NCBI GenBank assembly: GCA_041651095.1
Contig: JBAZJV010000001.1
Coordinates: 147,835-211,834, forward strand
Reading direction: 5' to 3'
Source: Patescibacteria group bacterium
GTDB lineage: Bacteria > Patescibacteriota > Patescibacteriia > Patescibacteriales > UBA12465
Length of the DNA: 64,000 bases
Part shown: one piece after another, positions 44,286-53,600 of the stretch
Numbering within the stretch: position 1 is the first letter of the stretch
Layout of the letters: each line of letters starts with the position of its first letter
The notes under the pieces: model-generated
What the model was told of the DNA's origin: nothing
Databases searched by the model: none
What the model saw: the letters and a program-made list of their open reading frames with translations, nothing else
Position numbers and translations under genes: made by a program

Positions 44286-47200
44286 ATGCCCCGATTCTAT
44301 AGTCGGAAAACCGGAATATTACTTTTTGCTTTATTATTAAGCGGCGGTTTTTTGTTATTCTCTAACGCTAAAAACGCCCAAGCCTATCATGCCACTTCCA
44401 GCTATAATAAAACTTTTAACGATACCCTGACTTCCCAGAATTGGAACGACCTGTTCAGCGATTTTGTAAATACCTGGTTGCCGGTTTCTTTGAACGGCCC
44501 GGTCGGCATCGCCACGGGAGCGCCGGCCGCCGGACTGAGCGTCAACGGGCCGGTTAACGCGACCAACCTGTTTACAGGCGGATTGTTCACGACCGGCAAC
44601 GTCGGCGTCGGGACGACCAATCCCGGCTCCAACCTGCATATCGTCGGCAGCTTGGACGCTTCCGGCACGGTAAACGGCACCGGCCTCTGCATCGCCGGCG
44701 TTTGCAAGACCGACTGGAGCGGCGTCGGCGCGACCAGCGGCTGGACGATAAACGGCACGACGGTCTATAAGACGGATACGAACGGGAATGTGGGAGTGGG
44801 GACAACCAACCCCGCAGCGACTCTTAATTTAGAAAGATCAAACGCCGCAGGAGCGCCATCCTTAAGACTTTCATTGTCGGACAGTCCGGCGTCATATAGA
44901 GTAGATCTGAAGGCGCAGTATGACGATGTCACATCACTTGCCTTGCAGCAATCAGGACAGAACATACTGACGGCCGGCCGATCTCCGTCGAAGACTGCCC
45001 TTTATACCTTTAATGGCGGAGGAACTTCAAACGAAAGGATTACAATCCTCGGCAGTTCAGGCAACGTCGGCATCGGGACGACTAACCCCGTCCAAAAGCT
45101 AGCCATAGCCAATGGGCGCTTGTTAGTGGATAATTATAATACTTATTCCGAGGGTTCCATACAGAATAATTTAGCGGAATTTACTTTGCGTACAACGAAC
45201 GGGCCCAATTATTCATCGGTTTATTCTTATCAGACCATTGATTCTAGTAATGGCGGGAGCAATAACGCGCAGGCTAATTGGTTATTAGCTGTAAATAATG
45301 CGACGGCCGGCGACTACCAACTAGGAGGGCTTAGCTTGTACCCCGCTAACTATTGGACCGCGTCCAAGCGTGGTTTGTATGTATATTCCACCAACGTTCC
45401 GATTAAGTTCGCCACCGGCATTGGAGCGCAAAGTTCCAAGCTTTATGGCGCTGATGACGCCAATGTCAAGATGACCATAGATAATAACGGCCGAGTCGGA
45501 ATCGGAACGACGAACCCCGGCAACCAGCTGACGGTAAACGGCCGAGGCGGTTTCAATAACGACCAAGTCACTATCGGCGGCACTTCCGGCTTAGCGGCGG
45601 AAAGAATATATCTAAATTACGATGGCGCCAATACCTTAGGGAGACTTAATGCCATCAGCGGAGTAGGTCTGAGTTTTGGCAGCAACGGAGCGAATGATCG
45701 TCTGGTTATTACCTCTGGCGGCAACATCGGCATCGGGACTACTGCCCCCGGCTCCAATCTCGACGTCGTCGGCAGCATCAACGCTTCCGGCACGGTGAAC
45801 GGCACCGGTCTCTGCATCGGCGGCGACTGCAAAGTCAGCTGGCCAGCCATCATTGCCGCCGGAGGAGGGAATCTTTGGAGCGGCACGACGACCGGAGCGA
45901 TTTGGAATGCGAATTCCGGGGATGTCGGGATCGGGACGACGGCGCCGGGGGCGAGAATAGAAATAAAGGGAAGTGGTAATACGTTTGCTACTACAAATTT
46001 TAGGTTAGCTAATTCAGATAATACAACAATATTCACAGTCCAAGATCATTCCGTGGGTAAGTTTACGGGGCAATTTCAGATTTTAGGTGGAACCGGGACA
46101 AACCAATTATATGTTCAGGATGGGGGGGCATATATTGCCGGCAACGTCGGCATCGGAACCAGCACGCCGACACAACAGCTGGCAGTCGGCGGAAATGGCA
46201 ATATCTGGTTAGCTGGCAGCAACCCGGGTATATTCTTGATGGATACTCCCAGCGCGGACGGGTATGGTTATAGGATTTATAACGATGGCGATTCTATTGT
46301 AGGCAACTTAGTGACTAATGCCGGCGCCGGGGCGACTCAGATATTTGATTTTAAATACGGCAATCCGTCAGTGTATTCATTCACCGGCAATACCGTCAGA
46401 TTTGGCATCGGCACTTCTACGCCGACGGCCAATCTGGAAATCTACCAATATTCCAGCGACGCTGATTTGCTGAAGCTCTCCTCGGCAGGAGGTTCCAGTG
46501 GAGACTTGTTAACCGTAAGAAACAGTGGCAACGTCGGTATCATGAAATCCAGCCCCGGCGCCAACTTAGACGTCGTCGGCAGCATCAACGCCTCCGGCAC
46601 GGTAAACGGCACCGGCCTCTGTATTGGCGGTGACTGCCGTACTTCCTGGGCAGCGGCCGGCGCCTATTGGACCGGCTATGGCAGCGATATAGCCAGCAAT
46701 AACTCCGGTAATGTCGGTGTAGGGACGACAGCCCCTTCCCAGAAGCTTCATGTCGCAGGCGGAGCCTATATAACGCAAAGAACCGGGATTGGCGTTACCC
46801 CTGGCGGCCACGGGTCCATCTTATCTGCTCAACTTGATGGGAGCAACGGGCAGAGAGGTGTAGTGGTTTTCAATAATACAGGCGATACGGACAATGACCA
46901 GCAGTTGTTCGCAGGCCTTAATCATTCCGGCAATTTCACATCTTGGATAAACGGCGCGGGCTCAGCTTACTTCGGCGGCAACGTCGGGATCGGGACAACC
47001 GCTCCTAGTAACAGGTTGCATACGGTTGGTTTTGGATCATATCCAGGTAACTTATCTGAAATTCCGCAGTACTCTCATATAAGGTTTCAACCGCGAAGCG
47101 ATCAGAACGGCTCTCTTTTTATAGCTGGCAATAGCGATTCATCAACCCTTATTATTCAAGGCGCTTTAGACGGAACTACCGCTAGGGCAATTTCATTGAA

Positions 47201-50200
47201 TCCGTACGGCGGCAATGTCGGTGTGGGAGTGATGACTCCGGCGGCTAAGTTACAGGTTGCTGGCGGGCAATTGTATCTAAGCGGGAAGGGGAGTGCCACG
47301 GGACTGACTTTTACTAACCACTCTATTTATCAGGATGCCAATAATATTTTGATCCTTGATTCTTCCGGAAATCAGAATATGGCTTTTATGCCAGGAACGG
47401 GTAATATCGGCATCGCCAAGACAAATCCCAGCTCCAACCTGGATGTCGTCGGCAGCATAAACGCTTCCGGCACCGTGAACGGCACCGGCCTCTGCATCGG
47501 CGGGGACTGTAAAGTTTCTTGGCCGGCCATCATCGCCGCCGGCGGAGGGAACCTCTGGAGCGGCACGACGACCGGGGCGATCTGGAATGCGAATTCCGGG
47601 GATGTCGGGATCGGGACGACGGCGCCGGGGGCGAGAATAGAAATAAAGGGAAGTGGTAATACGTTTGCTACTACAAATTTTAGGTTAGCTAATTCAGATA
47701 ATACAACAATATTCACAGTCCAAGATCATTCCGTGGGTAAGTTTACGGGGCAATTTCAGATTTTAGGTGGAACCGGGACAAACCAATTATATGTTCAGGA
47801 TGGGGGGGCATATATTGCCGGCAACGTCGGCATCGGAACCAGCACGCCGACACAACAGCTGGCAGTCGGCGGAAATGGCAATATCTGGTTAGCTGGCAGC
47901 AACCCGGGTATATTCTTGATGGATACTCCCAGCGCGGACGGGTATGGTTATAGGATTTATAACGATGGCGATTCTATTGTAGGCAACTTAGTGACTAATG
48001 CCGGCGCCGGGGCGACTCAGATATTTGATTTTAAATACGGCAATCCGTCAGTGTATTCATTCACCGGCAATACCGTCAGATTTGGCATCGGCACTTCTAC
48101 GCCGACGGCCAATCTGGAAATCTACCAATATTCCAGCGACGCTGATTTGCTGAAGCTCTCCTCGGCAGGAGGTTCCAGTGGAGACTTGTTAACCGTAAGA
48201 AACAGTGGCAACGTCGGTATCATGAAATCCAGCCCCGGCGCCAACTTAGACGTCGTCGGCAGCATCAACGCCTCCGGCACGGTAAACGGCACCGGCCTCT
48301 GTATTGGCGGTGACTGCCGTACTTCCTGGGCAGCGGCCGGCGCCTATTGGACCGGCTATGGCAGCGATATAGCCAGCAATAACTCCGGTAATGTCGGTGT
48401 AGGGACGACAGCCCCTTCCCAGAAGCTTCATGTCGCAGGCGGAGCCTATATAACGCAAAGAACCGGGATTGGCGTTACCCCTGGCGGCCACGGGTCCATC
48501 TTATCTGCTCAACTTGATGGGAGCAACGGGCAGAGAGGTGTAGTGGTTTTCAATAATACAGGCGATACGGACAATGACCAGCAGTTGTTCGCAGGCCTTA
48601 ATCATTCCGGCAATTTCACATCTTGGATAAACGGCGCGGGCTCAGCTTACTTCGGCGGCAACGTCGGGATCGGGACAACCGCTCCTAGTAACAGGTTGCA
48701 TACGGTTGGTTTTGGATCATATCCAGGTAACTTATCTGAAATTCCGCAGTACTCTCATATAAGGTTTCAACCGCGAAGCGATCAGAACGGCTCTCTTTTT
48801 ATAGCTGGCAATAGCGATTCATCAACCCTTATTATTCAAGGCGCTTTAGACGGAACTACCGCTAGGGCAATTTCATTGAATCCGTACGGCGGCAATGTCG
48901 GTGTGGGAGTGATGACTCCGGCGGCTAAGTTACAGGTTGCTGGCGGGCAATTGTATCTAAGCGGGAAGGGGAGTGCCACGGGACTGACTTTTACTAACCA
49001 CTCTATTTATCAGGATGCCAATAATATTTTGATCCTTGATTCTTCCGGAAATCAGAATATGGCTTTTATGCCAGGAACGGGTAATATCGGCATCGCCAAG
49101 ACAAATCCCAGCTCCAACCTGGATGTCGTCGGCAGCATAAACGCTTCCGGCACCGTGAACGGCACCGGCCTCTGCATCGGCGGGGACTGTAAAGTTTCTT
49201 GGCCGGCCATCATCGCCGCCGGCGGAGGGAACCTCTGGAGCGGCACGACGACCGGGGCGATCTGGAATGCGAATTCTGGCAATGTGGGGATTGGGACGAC
49301 AAACCCTCTTTCTAAATTTGAAATTTATGGTGGAAATCTAAATATACGTAATAATGATAATGGAATAAATGTATTAGGTTTAGGTCTAGCCACATCAGAT
49401 AGCGGCGCACCTGGTGGTGCATATGGTACCTCTTTTATTGTTGGTAACTCTAGCACTGGTTCAGGCCATCCTTCTTCACTTGCGTTCTATACAGAATCTA
49501 GTGGTGCTGTTGGTGAACGAGTACGTATTGATTCCATAGGCAACGTCGGGATCGGGACCACTAGCCCGGCTGGAAAGCTGGAAGTGAGTGGGACGGCAAT
49601 AATAAATAACACCCTGACATTAAATGGCGCTGGTTCGGCAATAGAACAAATTTGGAAGGGGGGCACCTGGTATCACATAAAAGCAAATGCGAGCAATTTG
49701 TTTAATATATTTGAAGATAACTATGAAACTACAAGGAATATTGCTTTAGTGGCCGGAAATGTCGGGGTGGGGACGACAGCGCCTTCTTCAAAGCTGCAGG
49801 TTGGCGCAACGACAGGAAGCAACTTTATTACCTTAGCTGGCGGCGTCACCGGAGCAAGCTATGGTATTGATTGGTCATTTAATAACCCGGGCGTAAATAA
49901 GTATGCCCAAGTTATGTTCTCTTATGATGATAGGTCCACAAAGGGGCTCCAATTCAATATCAATAATGGATATCAGATGTCGTTTAACAGGATCGATACC
50001 GTTGGTACATTCCAAGCTAATTTAATGACAATACTATCGGCCGGCAACGTCGGCATCGCCAAGACTAATCCCGGCACTACACTGGATGTTACTGGCGGTA
50101 TTAACGCTTCCGGCACGGTGAACGGTACGGGTCTCTGCATCGGCGGGGACTGTAAAGTTTCCTGGCCCTCCATCGTTTCGGCCGGCGGCGGCAATCTCTG

Positions 50201-50597
50201 GAGCGGCACGACGACCAGTGCGATTTGGAACGCTAATATCGGCTATAATGTCGGTATCGGGACGACTAATCCGCAGGCCACCCTGCAAGTGGCTGGCGGT
50301 CTGTCATTGAACCGGACGACGGTAGCGGACGCTGACTATACGACCCAGTCTACGGATTACATCATCGGTTATACTACGCTCACCACAAATCGGACAGTTA
50401 CCCTGCCTAATGCTTTATGCACGCCGGGCCGTTTCTTCGTGGTCTTGGATGAAAGCGGCAGCGCTTCGGCCAGCAAGAAGATCATCATTGATCCGGAAGG
50501 CGCGACGACCATCGTCGGCCAACCTACTTTTACGCTCTCCGGCGCCTACAATTCTGTCTACGTTTTCTGTGGCAGTTCGGCTTGGTATGTGTTATAA
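44286..50597 (+). CDS. giant secreted/surface repeat protein, tail-fibre-like
   Basis: 2103 aa with an N-terminal signal/anchor (ILLFALLLSGGFLLF). It has more than 20 G-N-V-G-I-G-T-T-x-P-xxx-L-x-V motifs and 7 two-Cys modules ASGTVNGTGLCIGGDCKxSW. Confidence 0.85.
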   Translation: MPRFYSRKTGILLFALLLSGGFLLFSNAKNAQAYHATSSYNKTFNDTLTSQNWNDLFSDFVNTWLPVSLNGPVGIATGAPAAGLSVNGPVNATNLFTGGLFTTGNVGVGTTNPGSNLHIVGSLDASGTVNGTGLCIAGVCKTDWSGVGATSGWTINGTTVYKTDTNGNVGVGTTNPAATLNLERSNAAGAPSLRLSLSDSPASYRVDLKAQYDDVTSLALQQSGQNILTAGRSPSKTALYTFNGGGTSNERITILGSSGNVGIGTTNPVQKLAIANGRLLVDNYNTYSEGSIQNNLAEFTLRTTNGPNYSSVYSYQTIDSSNGGSNNAQANWLLAVNNATAGDYQLGGLSLYPANYWTASKRGLYVYSTNVPIKFATGIGAQSSKLYGADDANVKMTIDNNGRVGIGTTNPGNQLTVNGRGGFNNDQVTIGGTSGLAAERIYLNYDGANTLGRLNAISGVGLSFGSNGANDRLVITSGGNIGIGTTAPGSNLDVVGSINASGTVNGTGLCIGGDCKVSWPAIIAAGGGNLWSGTTTGAIWNANSGDVGIGTTAPGARIEIKGSGNTFATTNFRLANSDNTTIFTVQDHSVGKFTGQFQILGGTGTNQLYVQDGGAYIAGNVGIGTSTPTQQLAVGGNGNIWLAGSNPGIFLMDTPSADGYGYRIYNDGDSIVGNLVTNAGAGATQIFDFKYGNPSVYSFTGNTVRFGIGTSTPTANLEIYQYSSDADLLKLSSAGGSSGDLLTVRNSGNVGIMKSSPGANLDVVGSINASGTVNGTGLCIGGDCRTSWAAAGAYWTGYGSDIASNNSGNVGVGTTAPSQKLHVAGGAYITQRTGIGVTPGGHGSILSAQLDGSNGQRGVVVFNNTGDTDNDQQLFAGLNHSGNFTSWINGAGSAYFGGNVGIGTTAPSNRLHTVGFGSYPGNLSEIPQYSHIRFQPRSDQNGSLFIAGNSDSSTLIIQGALDGTTARAISLNPYGGNVGVGVMTPAAKLQVAGGQLYLSGKGSATGLTFTNHSIYQDANNILILDSSGNQNMAFMPGTGNIGIAKTNPSSNLDVVGSINASGTVNGTGLCIGGDCKVSWPAIIAAGGGNLWSGTTTGAIWNANSGDVGIGTTAPGARIEIKGSGNTFATTNFRLANSDNTTIFTVQDHSVGKFTGQFQILGGTGTNQLYVQDGGAYIAGNVGIGTSTPTQQLAVGGNGNIWLAGSNPGIFLMDTPSADGYGYRIYNDGDSIVGNLVTNAGAGATQIFDFKYGNPSVYSFTGNTVRFGIGTSTPTANLEIYQYSSDADLLKLSSAGGSSGDLLTVRNSGNVGIMKSSPGANLDVVGSINASGTVNGTGLCIGGDCRTSWAAAGAYWTGYGSDIASNNSGNVGVGTTAPSQKLHVAGGAYITQRTGIGVTPGGHGSILSAQLDGSNGQRGVVVFNNTGDTDNDQQLFAGLNHSGNFTSWINGAGSAYFGGNVGIGTTAPSNRLHTVGFGSYPGNLSEIPQYSHIRFQPRSDQNGSLFIAGNSDSSTLIIQGALDGTTARAISLNPYGGNVGVGVMTPAAKLQVAGGQLYLSGKGSATGLTFTNHSIYQDANNILILDSSGNQNMAFMPGTGNIGIAKTNPSSNLDVVGSINASGTVNGTGLCIGGDCKVSWPAIIAAGGGNLWSGTTTGAIWNANSGNVGIGTTNPLSKFEIYGGNLNIRNNDNGINVLGLGLATSDSGAPGGAYGTSFIVGNSSTGSGHPSSLAFYTESSGAVGERVRIDSIGNVGIGTTSPAGKLEVSGTAIINNTLTLNGAGSAIEQIWKGGTWYHIKANASNLFNIFEDNYETTRNIALVAGNVGVGTTAPSSKLQVGATTGSNFITLAGGVTGASYGIDWSFNNPGVNKYAQVMFSYDDRSTKGLQFNINNGYQMSFNRIDTVGTFQANLMTILSAGNVGIAKTNPGTTLDVTGGINASGTVNGTGLCIGGDCKVSWPSIVSAGGGNLWSGTTTSAIWNANIGYNVGIGTTNPQATLQVAGGLSLNRTTVADADYTTQSTDYIIGYTTLTTNRTVTLPNALCTPGRFFVVLDESGSASASKKIIIDPEGATTIVGQPTFTLSGAYNSVYVFCGSSAWYVL
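45903..49276 (+). repeat. perfect tandem duplication, period 1680 nt (560 codons), ~2.0 copies
   Basis: By line-by-line comparison, bases 45903-47596 are identical to 47583-49276. The flanking partial copy 45720-45902 is only ~80-90 percent similar to 47400-47582. Confidence 0.95.
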
Positions 50598-50645
50598 TAT
50601 AATAACAAGAGAGCGGAGGAAAACTCCGCTGCGGTTAGATATATT

Positions 50646-53600
50646 ATGAAGTTTAGAATAAAAAATCTCGGGAAGATTTTTACCCTGGTCTTTTTGGTTA
50701 TCCTGGGGGTTTTTTATTTCTCGGCCATCGCCCGCGCCGCTTTTATCACCTCCGGCGGTTCGCAGTGGACTGACGTTTCGGGCGGCATATATTATACCGG
50801 CAATATCGGGGTCGGAACGTCAACGCCAACCGGGCCGCTAGATGTTATGACTAGCGGTGCGGATGGTGGATTTAGAGTAAGGTATAATGGTAATGGAGCC
50901 GAATGGTTTAGTGTTGGCAATGGTGGTACCGGAGTTGTCAGATTTGGTGCTGCCGGAGGATATACTGATGTAGGCGGTGCCGGAAACTTAGGCGGTCGTA
51001 TGAACATTAGCTCTCTTAATACTGGTGGCTCCGTTCCGCTAGTTTTAACTGGAGTAACCAGCCAGACGGCTAATTTATTTGAAATTAATGATATTGGCGA
51101 TCAATCAGGAAACAAGTTTGTCGTCCAATTTGGCGGGAATGTCGGTGTTGCTAAGACCAACCCCGGAACCACTTTAGATATCGTCGGCGGCCTGAACGCC
51201 TCCGGCACCGTAAACGGTACCGGGCTCTGCATTAGCAGCGACTGCCGTACTTCCTGGGCGGCGGCGGGAGCGTATTGGACGGGGAACGGGAGTAATATTT
51301 ATAGCAATAATTCCGGGAATGTGGGAATCGGGACGACGACACCAAATTATAAATTATATGTAAATGGGATAACATACATTTCAGGAGATGTTTTAGGGGG
51401 TGGTTTTGTTACGGATAATGGTTTCTATGCAATGAATACTAAATATGGGTGGAGCGATTATTATAGTATCTATGCAAAGACTGGTATAAATGCTCAATTA
51501 AATAATACGACCCAAGGGCCATTTAATATTTGGTCATCACAATTGAATGTCCATTCGGGTTTGTATGTCTCGGGCAACGTCGGCATCGCCAAGACTAACC
51601 CCGGCACGACCCTGGATATCGTCGGCGGTATCAACGCTTCCGGCACCGTCAATGGCACCGGCCTCTGTATCGGCGGAGACTGTAAGACTACCTGGCCGAC
51701 CATAGTTCAGGCCGGTCTGCCTTCCGGCACGGCCGGACAGACCCTCTATAGTGACGGGACTCAATGGTTAACCAGTTCCGCGTTGATTAATAACGGCACG
51801 AATATCGGGATCGGGACGACGAATCCTGTTGAAAAATTATCCGTAAGCGGAAATATGTATATTACAGGAACGAGTTCATTGATAGGAAAAGTTGGAATTG
51901 GGACCAACTCTCCTGACCCAGTTAGAAAATTAACCATAAAAGCTGGAAGAGATGCACAAAATTATGGCGGATCTATAGCTTTTTATAATGATAATTATTC
52001 TTCCGGAAGAAATTTTTATATTGGTAATGTGTATGATGGAGTAAATGCAATGCGTTTTCAAGTTGGGCGGTATGATAATTCTACATATAATGACTTTTTT
52101 TCTATTACAGAATCTGGCAATGTCGGGATAGGGACGACGGCGCCCGTGGGCGCGCTAGACACAGTTTTAGGATCAGGAACATGGAGTAAATATACTGAGA
52201 TAGTATTAGCTCAAGAAAGTGATAACCCCTCCGTTAGAATGTATCGACCAGCCGGATCTGGGACATTAAGAACGCCCTGGTGGATTTCAATTGAAAATAG
52301 TGCTTTACAATTTAAGACTGGCAGTAATGCTGAATTAGGCAACGAAAGCGTTGCTTCAAAGTTAACAATATTGAATGGTGGCAATGTCGGCATCGCGAAG
52401 ACCAACCCCGGCACGACCCTGGATATTACCGGCGGCGTCAGCGCCTCCGGCACCGTAAACGGCACCGGCCTCTGCATTGCCGGCGACTGCCGCACTTCCT
52501 GGGCGGCAGCGGGGGCTTATTGGACGGGGAACGGTAACAACGTATATAGCAATAATTCCGGCAATGTCGGGATCGGGACGACCAACCCGGTCGGCAAGCT
52601 TGATGTCCGGCCGGCTGGCAATAACGGCAATGGTAAAATTTATGTCGGCGGCGATAATACTTATCCGCGCCTGTATATGGGCGGCGATAGTACCACCGTG
52701 GCCGGCGTATTCAACCGGACGCAGGGTAGCGCTACTATGTATTTCGGAGAATTTTCAGATACGGGCGGCTTTGAGATGCGCGGCACCGGCAACTATAATT
52801 TCGGCGCCGACCGCCTGTTCCTGTCATCCGGCGGCAATACCGGTATCGGCACGACCAATCCCTTATCCAAGCTGGACGTCTATAATGGCAATATCGGCGT
52901 CTCTAATAATGTCGCCTCCGGCGGCAATGCGAGCGGCCTCATTTTCTATCACACCGCCGGCTTGGGCAGCAATTGGTACTCCGGCCTGGTTCCTTATGTG
53001 ACCAGCAGCTATGATCGGGTCGGTTTGAAATTCTTGACCGCGAATTCGGGGGCGGCCACGGAAAAAATGGTCATTGCTCCGGATGGTAATGTGGGAATCG
53101 GGACGACGAATCCGCTTACTAAATTGCATATTTCCAGTGGAGATTTTTCGATTAATCGCGCCAGCACATCTACTTTTGCTAATTTAGGTTGGCAAACGGC
53201 GGGGGCGGCTAAATGGTGGTTAGGATTAAGAAACGACGGAACTGATCAATTATACCTATATGATCAGGCTGCCGGACAAGCTAGGGTTACGTTCAGTCAA
53301 AATGGCAACGTCGGAATTGGGACGACGAATCCAACACAGGCTAGATTGGTGAGCGCTGGAACTGCATCAGTCGGGCCGTATGTTGGATTGAATGATAATA
53401 ACGTCAAGATATTTGAGATAACTTATGGCGCGGGCCGCGATGGAGTATTAAAACTTTTTAAAAATGATACGACATTAAATGTCTTATTAAATTCCAATGG
53501 AAATAGTTATGTAAACTCTGGCAACGTCGGCATCGCCAAGACCGATCCCGGCACCACCCTAGATATTGTCGGCGGTTTGAGCGCCTCCGGCACGGTGAAC

